Below, piece after piece: positions 30,928-41,131 of a stretch of DNA of 64,000 nt; positions within the stretch are counted from its first letter, which is position 1, and each line of letters begins with the position of its first letter. The notes beneath the pieces are model-generated. The model did no database searches. It was given only the letters and a program-made list of their open reading frames with translations, and was not told the origin of the DNA. The translations under genes were made by a program, and so were the position numbers. The DNA lies in NCBI GenBank assembly GCA_965199955.1, contig CBDATQ010000002.1, positions 1,280,001 to 1,344,000 on the forward strand. Direction: 5' to 3'. The DNA is from Spirochaetia bacterium (GTDB lineage: Bacteria > Spirochaetota > Spirochaetia > SZUA-6 > Bin103).

Positions 30928-32088
30928 ATGAAGATCACGGACATCAAGCTGATCACGCTGGAGCTTCCCGAGGGAGGCGGGCCGGAGCGCATCCCGCAGC
31001 TCGTGCAGGTGCCCGGCTTGCACCGCATCCAGTACCGGGCAGGCGTGAATCCGGAGCGGGAGCCGATCCTGACGGCCCCGGCGAAGCCACGCGAGCACGT
31101 CGTGGAGGTGCGCACGGACGAAGGCATCACCGGCCGCGTTCCCGCCTCGACCATGGACGCGTACCACGTCGACCTGGTGCGTTCGATGGCCATCGGCGAG
31201 GACCCGCTGCACCGCGAGCGGCTCTACCAGATGTTCCACAAAGGGACCCGCTGGGTGTACCAGAAGCCGGGCTGGTTCGGCGACTTCGACAACTGCCTGT
31301 GGGACATCGCCGGCAAGGCGGCGGGGCTTCCCGTGCACGCCCTGATCGGCCGGGTGCGCGACCGCTTCCCCTGCTATCTGACCGGCGGCGACATGGATCG
31401 CAACGGCTACTTCGAGCACATCGACGCCGCCCGCGAGATGGGGATCGGCGCCTACAAGTTCCACACCTACAAGGGCGGCAAGGCCGACATCCCGCTGTTC
31501 GAGGAGGTGCGCGAGGCGGTCGGGCCCGACTTCGACCTGATCAACGACCCGGTCTGCTCATACGACCTGCGCGAGGCGATCGAGGTGGGCCGCGTAATGG
31601 AGGAGCTGGGGTTCGTCTGGCTGGAGGAGCCGTTCCACGAGCAGAAGATGCACCACTACCAGGAGCTGTGCGGCGCGCTCGACATGCCGGTGATGGCCAA
31701 CGAGATGCTCATGCACGACATCGGCATCTCCACCCAGTGGCTCATGCACGGCGCCACCGATCTGCTGCGCGCCAACGCCCGCCACGGCACGACGCTGGTG
31801 CTGAAAATGGCGCACTTCGCCGAGATGTACGACACCACCATCGAGATGAACGCGGCCGGCGGCGTGTACGGCCACATCCACGCCACGCTCGGCTGCTGCA
31901 TCGACAACACCAGCTACTACGAGTACATGAGCTATGCCCCGGACACGCTCCGCAAGCAGGGCGAGCCGTGGGGAATGGTGAACGCCCCCGTCATCGAGGA
32001 CGGCCACCTGGCTCCCACCGACCTGCCCGGTTGGGGTGCCGAGTGGGACAAGGATCGTTTTCAGTCGCTGATCGTCGCCGAGCGGTAA
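30928..32088 (+). CDS. Mandelate racemase/enolase superfamily protein
   Basis: LWDIAGK, YKFH, NDP, WLEEP, ANE. Confidence 0.85.
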   Translation: MKITDIKLITLELPEGGGPERIPQLVQVPGLHRIQYRAGVNPEREPILTAPAKPREHVVEVRTDEGITGRVPASTMDAYHVDLVRSMAIGEDPLHRERLYQMFHKGTRWVYQKPGWFGDFDNCLWDIAGKAAGLPVHALIGRVRDRFPCYLTGGDMDRNGYFEHIDAAREMGIGAYKFHTYKGGKADIPLFEEVREAVGPDFDLINDPVCSYDLREAIEVGRVMEELGFVWLEEPFHEQKMHHYQELCGALDMPVMANEMLMHDIGISTQWLMHGATDLLRANARHGTTLVLKMAHFAEMYDTTIEMNAAGGVYGHIHATLGCCIDNTSYYEYMSYAPDTLRKQGEPWGMVNAPVIEDGHLAPTDLPGWGAEWDKDRFQSLIVAER

Positions 32089-32396
32089 CGGGACGGGCGG
32101 CTCAGCGCTGGATCAGCAGGCCGTGGGCCACGCGCCGCCGACGCTGCCGAGATGGCGTTCGAGCGTCCGTTCTTGCGCAGGCCGCGCACCACTTCCGGAA
32201 GGTCATCCAGCGTCAGGTCGGCGTCCGGGCGCATGTACCAGAAGCAGCGGGCGTAGTACTCGCGGAACGCGCGCCTGAGCTCGCGAACCCGGACCATGTC
32301 GCGAGCCTGATCGCTGGAGAGCTGCCGGCGGCTCTTCTTGCCACCCGTGCGGCCGACTACCGACAGGTACCGGCTCACGGAGGTCTCTACCGCCAT
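32061..32396 (-). CDS. Small hypothetical protein (CFWY motif), possible TA antitoxin, 3' end degraded
   Basis: YYARCFWYMRPD resembles the ORF at 37968. Confidence 0.5.
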   Translation of the reverse strand: MAVETSVSRYLSVVGRTGGKKSRRQLSSDQARDMVRVRELRRAFREYYARCFWYMRPDADLTLDDLPEVVRGLRKNGRSNAISAASAARGPRPADPALSRPSRYRSATISD

Positions 32397-32399
32397 GGG

Positions 32400-32600
32400 T
32401 TCACGTGGGTCAGGGCGCCGGCCGATCCATCGCCTTCCAGGGTGACGATGCCGAACCCGGGGAACTACCCACGGCCGCGTGCCTGACGGTGACCGGGTGC
32501 GGCCCCCGGAAGGAGACGATGAGCAGCCGGCCGTCGGGCGTGATGTCCACCAGGTCCGGCGCAGGGTCGTCGCTCAGTTCGTACCCGTGCCCGTCCACGA
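32400..32600 (-). pseudogene. Fragment of a beta-propeller-like protein
   Basis: DPAPDLVDITPDGRLLIVSFRGPHP...GSSPG with no start codon. Confidence 0.4.
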
Positions 32601-32621
32601 AACAAGGATTTCTGTTGCTGG

Positions 32622-33758
32622 TCAGGTGCCGGCGACCGTTTCCTCGGCCAGCCAGTCGACGACCGTGCGCAGCGCGGCGGCGGAGTCGGCGCCGGCGGCC
32701 TGCGCTTCCCTCCAGATCGCCAACTGGCGGTGCGCACTGGTCCCGTCGGCCAGGATGCCGCGGGCGCGCTCGACCTCGGCGGTGCAGCCGAAGTGGGCGG
32801 CGTCCTCGTCGATCAGCTCCAGCAGCTCGGCCAGCAGCTTTTCGTACGGGACGACCTCGCCTATGCCGAAGTCGACCAGGCCGCGATCGCTCCCGTAGCG
32901 CTGCGCCCGCCAGCGGTTCTCGTTGACCAGCAGGCGCGAGTGGATGCGCCAGCTCTGGTTGTTGCGCCGCAGGCGGTACAGCAGCCGGCACAGGCAGCGG
33001 AACAGCGCGGCCAGGCACAGCGCATCCTGAAGCCGCGTGCAGACGTCGGTGATGCGCATCTCCAGCGTGGGGAAGCGCACGCTGGGGCGGATGTCCCACC
33101 ACAGCTTCGTGGCGTCCTCGATCAGGCCGGCGCTCACCAGGCTGGCGACGGTGCGATCGTACTCGCCGGCGCTCTGGAAGGGGTCCGGGAGCCCGGAGCG
33201 CGGCAGCTCGTCCAGGACCGAGAGACGGTAGGACATCAGCCCCGAGTTCGCCCCGTCCCAGAAGGGGGAGGAGGTGGACAGCGCCAGCAGGTGGGGGAGG
33301 AAGTAGACCGCCTGGTTCATCAGGTCGATGCGCAGCTCGGGATCCTCGATGGCGACGTGCACGTGCATGCCGCAGGTCAGCAGGCGCTGCGCGACCAGCC
33401 GCAGGTCCTCGGCGATCTGCGAGTAGCGGGCGGCGGCGGTGTGCTTCTGGTCCTGCCAGCGCCCGAACGGGTGGGTGGAGGCGGCGATGAGCGCGCAGTC
33501 GAAGCGGCCGACGACGCGCTCCACGGTGCCGCGCAGGTCGGCGAGCTGCGCCCGCGCCTCGCTCGGATCGTGGCAGACGCCGGTGGCGACCTCGATCTGG
33601 GAGCGCAGGAACTCCGGGCCGACCGAGTTGCCGAGCGCCGAATGGCACTCTTCCATCATCTCGGGCCGCGGATCGATGGCCAGATCGCGGGTGCGGAGGT
33701 CGATCAGGAGGTACTCCTCCTCGATGCCGAACGTGAAGCTGGGTTCTGAGAAATTCAT
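32622..33758 (-). CDS. Carboxylate-amine ligase (YbdK / GCS2 family)
   Basis: FGIEEEY, CGMHVHV, SSPFW, WWDIRP, LEMRITD. Confidence 0.9.
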   Translation of the reverse strand: MNFSEPSFTFGIEEEYLLIDLRTRDLAIDPRPEMMEECHSALGNSVGPEFLRSQIEVATGVCHDPSEARAQLADLRGTVERVVGRFDCALIAASTHPFGRWQDQKHTAAARYSQIAEDLRLVAQRLLTCGMHVHVAIEDPELRIDLMNQAVYFLPHLLALSTSSPFWDGANSGLMSYRLSVLDELPRSGLPDPFQSAGEYDRTVASLVSAGLIEDATKLWWDIRPSVRFPTLEMRITDVCTRLQDALCLAALFRCLCRLLYRLRRNNQSWRIHSRLLVNENRWRAQRYGSDRGLVDFGIGEVVPYEKLLAELLELIDEDAAHFGCTAEVERARGILADGTSAHRQLAIWREAQAAGADSAAALRTVVDWLAEETVAGT

Positions 33759-34112
33759 CCGTGTCCGAAGGCCTTTGGTAGAATCATGCCGTGAGCGGAC
33801 ACACTTGGTCGATCGAGTCGCCCCTGCGTGGCGAGCCGCCCGGACAGCCGGGGCGCACCCACACGTGGACGAGCGCGTGGCATCGCTGGCCGGGACTCGT
33901 GGACCGCGCCGAGGTCCGGGTGGAGGCCGCGATCGATCTGTTCGACAACAAGACGATCGAGATTCCGGCTGGCGGGAGCTCCACGACGGCGAGAACCGGG
34001 TGATGGTCTCGGGGCTGCGGGCCGAGAGCTGGGGGCTGCGGCTGGCGGTGAGCGCCACCAGGACTTCCGGATGGCCGGCGATCGGCCGCGTCACGGTCGC
34101 GGCAGGATAGCC

Positions 34113-35825
34113 ATGGCCGAGCACCTGACCGGCATCGACCGCAACCTCACGACCTACGGGGATCCCACCTTCAGCCGCTTCATCCGCCGCGCCTTCCTGG
34201 CCTCGCAGGGGTTCGACGGCGCCGACCTGGAGCGGCCGGTGGTCGGCATCGCCGACACGTCGAGCGACTACAACACCTGCCACGCGCACATGCCGGCGCT
34301 GGTGGATGCCGTGAAGCGGGGCGTGCTGCAGGCCGGTGGGCTGCCGCTGGTGTTCCCGACGATCTCCCTGAACGAGATCCTGTTCTCGCCCACGACCATG
34401 TTCTACCGGAACCTCCTGGCCATGGAGACCGAGGAGATGATCCGGGCGCAGCCGATGGACGCCGTGGTGCTCCTGGGCGGCTGCGACAAGACGGTGCCGG
34501 CACAGCTCATGGCCGCGGCCTCCGCGAACGTGCCGGCCGTGGTGTGCGTGACCGGCGCCATGCGCACCGGCGCGTGGCGGGGCGAGCGGGTCGGCGCCTG
34601 CACGGACTGCCGCCGCTACTACGCGGGCTTCCGCGAGGGGAGGATAGGCGAGGAGGAGCTCCGCCAGGTTCAGCAGCAGCTTTGCTCGACCCCCGGCACC
34701 TGCATGGTGATGGGCTCCGCCTCCAGCATCGCCTGTGTCGCGGAGACGGTTGGGCTGATGCTCCCCGGCGGCGCCTCGCCCACGTCGGGGAGCGCCGACC
34801 GGCTGCGCAACGCGGTAGCATCCGGCCGCCGGGCGGCGCTGCTGGCGCGCGAGCCGATCGCGCCCGGCCGGATCCTCACCAGGGAGGCGTTCGAGAACGC
34901 GCTCACGGTGCTGGTCGCCCTGGGCGGCTCGACCAACACGATCATCCACCTGACCGCCATCGGCCGGCGGGCCGGCGTCGAGCTGTCGATGGCCGACCTG
35001 CAGGCCGCGTCCGCGCGGGTGCCCCTGCTGGTGGACTGCAAGCCCTCCGGATCGCGCTACATGGAGGACTTCCACGAGGCCGGCGGGTTGCCGGCCGTGC
35101 TGAAGGTGCTGGAGCCGCTGCTGCACCCGGAGCCGATCGACGTCGAGGGGCGCACGCTGCGGGAACGGCTGGCGGACGTGGCGCCGCCTGGAACGTGGCA
35201 GTCGGTGATCCGCACGCTGGACGAGCCGCTCCGCGGTGCAGGATCACTCACCGTGCTGCGCGGGTCGCTCGCCCCGGACGGCGCGATCATCAAGAGCGCG
35301 GCGGCCAGCCCCGAGCTCTGCGAGCACGAAGGGCCGGCGGTCGTGTTCGACTCGCCGGCCGACGTGGCGGCGCGGATCGACGATCCCGATCTGCCGGTCG
35401 GGCCCGGGCACGTGCTGGTGCTGCGCAACGCCGGCCCGGTTGGGGCCGGCATGCCGGAGGCCGGCTCCCTGCCGATTCCTCGCAAGCTCTCCGAGCAGGG
35501 CGTCACGGACATGGTGCGCGTGTCGGACGCGCGCATGAGCGGCACGGCGTATGGCACGGTCGTCCTGCACTGCGCGCCGGAGGCGGCGGTCGGCGGTCCG
35601 CTGGCGCTGGTCCGCGACGGCGACCCGATCCGGCTGTCGGTCGCGCGGGGCGCGATCGACCTGCGGGTGGCGCCGGAGGAGCTGGCGCGCCGCCGGCTCG
35701 CGTGGCGGCCCCGGCCGACACCGGAGCGAGGCTGGGCGCGCATCCATGCCGAGCACGTCCTGCAGGCCGACAAGGGCGCCGACCTCGACCTGATGACCGT
35801 TGCGCCCGTGGGTGACGGCACGTAG
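34113..35825 (+). CDS. Dihydroxy-acid/sugar-acid dehydratase (IlvD/Edd family)
   Basis: NTCH, GCDKT, GTCMVMG, GGSTN, SDARMSGT. Confidence 0.9.
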   Translation: MAEHLTGIDRNLTTYGDPTFSRFIRRAFLASQGFDGADLERPVVGIADTSSDYNTCHAHMPALVDAVKRGVLQAGGLPLVFPTISLNEILFSPTTMFYRNLLAMETEEMIRAQPMDAVVLLGGCDKTVPAQLMAAASANVPAVVCVTGAMRTGAWRGERVGACTDCRRYYAGFREGRIGEEELRQVQQQLCSTPGTCMVMGSASSIACVAETVGLMLPGGASPTSGSADRLRNAVASGRRAALLAREPIAPGRILTREAFENALTVLVALGGSTNTIIHLTAIGRRAGVELSMADLQAASARVPLLVDCKPSGSRYMEDFHEAGGLPAVLKVLEPLLHPEPIDVEGRTLRERLADVAPPGTWQSVIRTLDEPLRGAGSLTVLRGSLAPDGAIIKSAAASPELCEHEGPAVVFDSPADVAARIDDPDLPVGPGHVLVLRNAGPVGAGMPEAGSLPIPRKLSEQGVTDMVRVSDARMSGTAYGTVVLHCAPEAAVGGPLALVRDGDPIRLSVARGAIDLRVAPEELARRRLAWRPRPTPERGWARIHAEHVLQADKGADLDLMTVAPVGDGT

Positions 35826-35851
35826 CATGGCCGTTCGCACGGGAACGCGAC

Positions 35852-36649
35852 ATGCCCTTCACGGTAGACGACGTACGGGACCTGGTACGGCTGCTGGACG
35901 AGCGGCCGGAGTGGCGGGCCGAGGTGCGCCGTCAGCTCCTCAGCGACGAGTTCCTGGCCTTGCCGGAGCAGATCGCGGAGGTGCGGCTGCGGACGGAGCG
36001 GATCGAGGAGCAGATCGCGGAGTTGCGTCTCGACACGGAGCGGCGCCTTCGCAGCATCGAGGATCAGATCGCGGAGCAACGGCTGCGGACGGAGCGGATC
36101 GAGCAGCAGCTCTTGGAACAGCGGCGGGAGACGGATCGTCGGTTCCAGGAGGTCGAAGATCAGATCGCGGCGCTGACCCGCACCGTCGACACGCTCAGGG
36201 ACGACGTCGGTGAGCTGAAGGGAGACAGCCTGGAACGCCGTTACCGGGAGAAGGCGGGCGCCTACTTCGGCCGGTTGCTGCGGCGTGCCCGCGTCGTGGC
36301 CGACGACGAGCTGAACGAGATGCTCGACGACGCGGTCGAGCGGGGCGCGCTCACCGAGGACGAGTCCGATGAGGTGACCTGGGCCGACGCTGTCGTGCGC
36401 GGCCGCCGCCGCGGCGACCGCACCCAGGTCGTCGCGGTCGCGGAGGTCTCGTGGGGCGTGGGAATCAAGGACGTGGAGCGCGCGCGGCGCCGATCGGACC
36501 TGCTCGCCAAGCTCGGCTTCACCACCCTGCCGGTGGTGGGCGGCAAGGCGGTCACCCGCGAAGCGGCAGAGCTGGCCAGGGAGCAGGGCGTGTGGCAGCT
36601 TTTCGACGGCAGGCTGGTCGCTCCGGACACGGTCGCAGCGAGCGGGTAG
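35852..36649 (+). CDS. Coiled-coil repeat protein with PD-(D/E)xK-like C-terminal domain
   Basis: Repeated QIAE.RL.TER units; DAVVRG...AEVS..DVERA tail. Confidence 0.7.
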   Translation: MPFTVDDVRDLVRLLDERPEWRAEVRRQLLSDEFLALPEQIAEVRLRTERIEEQIAELRLDTERRLRSIEDQIAEQRLRTERIEQQLLEQRRETDRRFQEVEDQIAALTRTVDTLRDDVGELKGDSLERRYREKAGAYFGRLLRRARVVADDELNEMLDDAVERGALTEDESDEVTWADAVVRGRRRGDRTQVVAVAEVSWGVGIKDVERARRRSDLLAKLGFTTLPVVGGKAVTREAAELAREQGVWQLFDGRLVAPDTVAASG

Positions 36650-36662
36650 ACTTCGGGCCGCC

Positions 36663-37961
36663 ATGCCCACCATAGCCCTGATCGGCGCCGGCAGCGTCGT
36701 CTTCGCCCAGAAACTCATCAGCGACATCCTGCAGCGCGACGGCATCGGGACGCCCGAGTTCCGTCTCATGGACATCGACGCCGAGCGCCTGCGCATCGCC
36801 GGCATCGCCGCCGAGAAGACCGCCCGCGCGCTCGACAAGCCGGCGGCCATCCGCACCACTCTGGACCAGCGCGAGGCGATCCGGGACGCCAACTACGTGA
36901 TCTGCTGCGTCCAGATCGGCGACAGCGAGACCATCAACCAGGACTTCCACATCCCGGCCCGCCACGGGCTGCGCCAGACCATCGCCGACACGCTCGGCAT
37001 CGGCGGCATCTTCCGCGCGCTGCGCACCTACCCGGTGATGATGGACCTGGTCGAGAACATCACCACGGTCGGCGCGCCGCGCTGCCTGCTGCTCAACTAC
37101 ACCAACCCGATGGCCATGAACATGCTGGCACTGCTGCGCGCCGCCGACATCCCCGCGGTCGGGCTCTGCCACAGCGTACAGGGCACGGCCGCCAAGCTGG
37201 CCGGCATCGCCGGCGTCGCGGAGGAAGAGGTCCGCTTCCGCTGTGCGGGCGTCAACCACATGGCGTTCTACACCGAGTTCCGCACCGCCGAGCGCGACCT
37301 GTACCCTGTGCTGTTCGAGCGCCTGCGCGACGATCCGGACGGGCTGGGCCGCACCGTGCGCTTCGAGATGCTGAAGCGCACCGGCTACTTCGTCACCGAG
37401 AGCTCCGAGCACCAGGCCGAGTACACGCCGTACTTCATCCACCACGGCGGCGAGATGGTCGACCGCTACCGCGTGCCGCTGGACGAGCTGATCCGCCGCC
37501 GCACCATCCAGGTGGCCGAGTGGGAGCAGCAGCAGCGCGAGTTCTCCGATCCCGATCACGAGGTGGACACCAATCCGCTCAGCCACGAATACGGGTCGGC
37601 CATCATCGAGGCGATCGAAACCGGCGTGCCGGCCACCATCCACGGCAACGTGCTGAACCATGGCCTGATCGACAACCTGCCCGCGGACGCCTGCGTGGAG
37701 GTGGCCTGCCACGTGGACGGCGCCGGCCTGGCGCCGGTGGCGTTCGGCCGCCTGCCGACCGTGCTGGCCGGCATAGTCGGCAGCAACGTCGCCGTGCAGC
37801 TCGCCACCGTGGAGGCCGCCGAGTCACGCCGGCGCGAGGCGGTCTACCACGCCGCCATGCTCGACCCGCACACCGCCGCCAGCCTCACGCTGGACCAGAT
37901 CTGGCAGGTCTGCGACGACATGTTCGAGGCGCAGGCGCCCCTGTTGCCGGCCTTCGATTGA
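36663..37961 (+). CDS. Glycoside hydrolase family 4 (alpha-galactosidase/alpha-glucosidase)
   Basis: IGAGSVVF, NYTNPM, GLCHS, GVNH, TESSEH. Confidence 0.92.
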   Translation: MPTIALIGAGSVVFAQKLISDILQRDGIGTPEFRLMDIDAERLRIAGIAAEKTARALDKPAAIRTTLDQREAIRDANYVICCVQIGDSETINQDFHIPARHGLRQTIADTLGIGGIFRALRTYPVMMDLVENITTVGAPRCLLLNYTNPMAMNMLALLRAADIPAVGLCHSVQGTAAKLAGIAGVAEEEVRFRCAGVNHMAFYTEFRTAERDLYPVLFERLRDDPDGLGRTVRFEMLKRTGYFVTESSEHQAEYTPYFIHHGGEMVDRYRVPLDELIRRRTIQVAEWEQQQREFSDPDHEVDTNPLSHEYGSAIIEAIETGVPATIHGNVLNHGLIDNLPADACVEVACHVDGAGLAPVAFGRLPTVLAGIVGSNVAVQLATVEAAESRRREAVYHAAMLDPHTAASLTLDQIWQVCDDMFEAQAPLLPAFD

Positions 37962-37967
37962 GGCATC

Positions 37968-38230
37968 GTGGACCGGCAGGCGTTCGAGCGCCGGCTGCAC
38001 GCGCTGGCAACCCGCTATCGCGCGCAGTGCCTGTGGGATCTCAAGCCCGACCTGGATCTGCAGCAACGGGACGTTACGACGATGGTGCTACGCCGGATCG
38101 CGTCGTGCGCTGACACCAGCGGATTCGTCGAAGCCAGAGGACTGGATTGGCTCTCGTAGCCGACCAGCGCAAGGAAGCCGGCGTCAGCTACGTGGCCGGC
38201 GGGGTGGCGCTGAACCTGCTCAAGGCCCGC
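37968..38230 (+). pseudogene. Small CLW-motif ORF plus nucleotidyltransferase (AbiEii-like) stub
   Basis: YRAQCLWDLKPD ORF 37968-38159, followed by SYVAGGVALNLL. Confidence 0.5.
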
Positions 38231-38328
38231 GACGAGGTCCGCATGGAAGGGGCTCGCGACAGCGCGTTTCGGTGAGGGGTCGCTCGGCGGCGCGTATCCG
38301 CGTCTGTTGGACTGAGCAGCCGCGAAGG

Positions 38329-39201
38329 CTATGCCCCGGGGACGCTTCCGTCCGCCGCCGGACGGAGCCCGAGGCGACGGATCTCCTCCCACCGGCCCGG
38401 CACCAGGCCGTCGGCGAACGCCGTGCCGCACGGGCCGCCGCCGCTGGCGTCGGCGAAGTCGTACTCCCGACCGTCGAAGCGAAGCGTCGGGCGGTAGTAC
38501 CGGGACAGCTCGCGGGAGCTCGCCGGCAGGTAGTGGCAGATGAAGCTGCGCCGCCACTCGTGGTCGGAGGCGTTCGGCTGTGAGCCGTGCACGATGCTGC
38601 CGCCGAAGAACAACACGTCCCCCGGCTGCAGCTCGACAGGCACCGGCGCCACCCCCGCCGGAGGCCGCACGAAGTGGGTGGTGAAGCTCTCCTCCGGGTC
38701 GGCCACCTCCGGGCACGCCACTTCCATCGTGTGCGTGCCCGGGCAGACGTACAGGCCGCCGTTCTCGGGGACGGAGCGGTCCACGGCGGTCCAGGCCGCG
38801 ACGCAGGTATCCGGCCGCACGCGCAGGTAGTAGTTGTCCTGGTGCAGCGCCTGGCCCCTGGAGCCGGGCGGCTTGAAGTAGAACATCGACTGGGCGGCGA
38901 TCGGCTCCTCGTCCATCAGCGCGGCCAGCACCGCCTCCATTCGCGCGTCGAGCAGCATGCGCAGCGCCAGCTCGTCGAAGCGGTGCGGGTGCATGATGCG
39001 CGGCCAGCGCAGGAGCGGATCGTCGCTGTCGGGATCAGGGTCCCAGTGACCGGGGATCGGTTGCCCGTCCGCGGTGATCTCCGCGAACCGTTCGGCACAA
39101 GCCGTGATCTCATCGCGTTCCCACAGCCCGCGCAGCACCAGGCAGCCGTCGGCTCGCCAGCGGGTCAGTTCTTCAGCGTTGGCGGGAGACGTCGCGGTCA
39201 T
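38329..39201 (-). CDS. Phytanoyl-CoA dioxygenase (PhyH) family
   Basis: ALHQD, NGGLYVCPGTH, HGSQPN, WRR. Confidence 0.9.
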   Translation of the reverse strand: MTATSPANAEELTRWRADGCLVLRGLWERDEITACAERFAEITADGQPIPGHWDPDPDSDDPLLRWPRIMHPHRFDELALRMLLDARMEAVLAALMDEEPIAAQSMFYFKPPGSRGQALHQDNYYLRVRPDTCVAAWTAVDRSVPENGGLYVCPGTHTMEVACPEVADPEESFTTHFVRPPAGVAPVPVELQPGDVLFFGGSIVHGSQPNASDHEWRRSFICHYLPASSRELSRYYRPTLRFDGREYDFADASGGGPCGTAFADGLVPGRWEEIRRLGLRPAADGSVPGA

Positions 39202-39256
39202 TGCGCGACTACTCTGGCACAGCGGCGGGCCGACCTCCAAGGACAGTGGACTCGTA

Positions 39257-39549
39257 GGGTGCATTCCCTCAGAGTGATCGGTCCGGTCAGACAGCGATGC
39301 GCTCAGTCTCCTGTGGGGGTGCGTGGCTCAGGCGCTCGTGGTCTGTGCTGAAGCGGCGGCTCTGGATGGAGGCTCCGTAGCTGCAGCATGCCACTCGCTC
39401 CCGGCAGGCCCCCCATCATGCCGCTCTGCTTCATACGCGCCGCGACCACGTGCGTGCACGCGCTCTCCACTGTACCGCTGCCACTGGGCAGCCCCAGCCC
39501 GCGGTAGCGGCAGTAGTCCATCCGCTTCTGGTTGGCCGTGAAGTAGTGT
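39257..39549 (-). mobile_element. ISKra4-family transposase 3' remnant
   Basis: HYFTANQKRMDY...GSGTVESAC..VV..RMK..GM; putative end ...TGCACCC. Confidence 0.7.
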
Positions 39550-39597
39550 GGGTCCAGAAACTCGGGCCGGTGTTTTCCGGAAATTCTGGCCGGTTCA
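39546..39597 (+). mobile_element. Possible IS21-like terminal repeats
   Basis: TGTG start, then imperfect direct repeats GAAACTCGGGCCGGT / GAAATTCTGGCCGGT. Confidence 0.35.
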
Positions 39598-39669
39598 TCG
39601 TGCGCGAGCTCGGCGCCGTCAACGTCGAGATCGAGGTGTCGGGTGCGGTAAGACGGCCATCCAGTCCGC

Positions 39670-39920
39670 CCAGCATGAGCGCGACGGAGGGCAGCGCAGC
39701 GACGGGCTGAGCACCGACGAGCGGCTGGAACTGCGGCGGCTGCGGCGCGAGAACAAGCAGCTCCGAACGGAACGCGACATGCAAAAAAAGCGGCGGCCTG
39801 GTTCGCACGGGAGAGCGACGCGATCCCCGAGAGGGATGCGAGTTCGCAAAGGACAACCGGACAACCCAGGCCGCCTGGCCGGTGAGCGCCCAGTGTCGGG
39901 TGCTGGGTCTCTCCCCAGGG
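39670..39920 (+). mobile_element. IS3-family transposase remnant (orfA/orfB junction)
   Basis: LSTDERLELRRLRRENKQLRTERD, then an A7 run and KAAAWFA. Confidence 0.75.
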
Positions 39921-40324
39921 GCAAGCTCGACGCGCTCGGCTGGGCGCCGGGCTGATCCGCAGCTCGGCACTCCGTTCCGCTCGCCACGTCCTCCTACTGG
40001 GCGTGCTGTGTCCGGCTCATCGCTCGGCACCCCTCGCGCACCGTCTGAGGCGGCCAATTGCGGCCCACCGATCGCCCACAGAGCCTCCCTGCGATCACGA
40101 GCATCAACCTCCGTCCCCGCCGGTTGCCGATCCGACCCTCGAACCGCCTCGGATCCTCAATTCAGCCGATTTTCGGACCCAAGCGCGAATAATCCGGGAT
40201 TAAAGTTATCGGCGCCGCGCGCGGTGCCGCCCAGCGCGGGTGTGTCTCTCTGTTGTCAGCATACCGTTCCCGTCGCATCAAACTACAATAGCGACGTGGT
40301 GAGGACAGCCAGTAGCTGAGTGGG

Positions 40325-41128
40325 TTACAACAGAGCTGGAGTGCTCGGCATTGATCGGAGCGCCGTTCGATTCGGTGGACGCAAGAGAATCATCCCGTAG
40401 CCATAAGCTCGGTGTCGCCCGACTCCCGTCCTTAGCCGACGGGCGAAGCTCTCCGAATCGCAGACGGACAGCGTGCCGTGGAGGACAGCGTCGGGCCCCT
40501 CAGGCCCTCGTCCATCACCACGGATTGTTCGGACGCGGCTGAACGATGCAAGACGGCACTGTTCAACTGTGGCGTCATCTCCAAGCCTTTCCTCAAGCCA
40601 AGTGGTGTAGACCGACTCTCGGCTCATCCCTTGCCGTTCCGTTTTCTCGTCTCGGCGCCTCCATCCGTCCGGAAAGTGAGTCAGCGCCTCCAACCGGTAC
40701 GCATCCACCTCCTTGCCCTTCAATAGAACCTCATTGGATTGCGAGTCATGGAGGTCACGTCGTAGCCGCCGTACCGGTCGAACGCGCAGGTCGAAGCCAA
40801 GCCTGCGGCCCGCCGGGAAGCTTACGGGCATAGGCTTCGACAGTAGTTGTGCAGGGTTCAGTGAAGCGAGGCAGTCAGGCGGCGCCGTCGCTGCTGCTAC
40901 GTCCTGCAGTGCGCTCTGATCGGATTCCGCATACGCGTACAGAGCTCCCGACCTGCGCCGCTCGGACCAGAACAAGCGGAATGGCTGGAGCTCTCCTTTA
41001 CCGAACATAGCCGACAGCAAAATGTGGAGCGCGTAGTCCGGGTCGTAGGCACCGTGTCGGACAAGGCCGCGTTGTCCCGCCCATCGGCTGAATGCCCGCA
41101 TATCGAACGGCGCGTGAATCAGGTGCAC
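40325..41128 (-). CDS. cas6e: Type I-E CRISPR-associated endoribonuclease Cas6e (Cse3)
   Basis: YALH, FDLRVRPV, Gly-rich loop GVGRHRAYGYGMI; adjacent to cas5 and the array. Confidence 0.9.
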   Translation of the reverse strand: MHLIHAPFDMRAFSRWAGQRGLVRHGAYDPDYALHILLSAMFGKGELQPFRLFWSERRRSGALYAYAESDQSALQDVAAATAPPDCLASLNPAQLLSKPMPVSFPAGRRLGFDLRVRPVRRLRRDLHDSQSNEVLLKGKEVDAYRLEALTHFPDGWRRRDEKTERQGMSRESVYTTWLEERLGDDATVEQCRLASFSRVRTIRGDGRGPEGPDAVLHGTLSVCDSESFARRLRTGVGRHRAYGYGMILLRPPNRTALRSMPSTPALL

Positions 41129-41131
41129 GGC

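Noticed and set aside
33786..34110. Frameshifted small ORF upstream of the dehydratase
   Set aside because: No recognisable family; cannot be supported.
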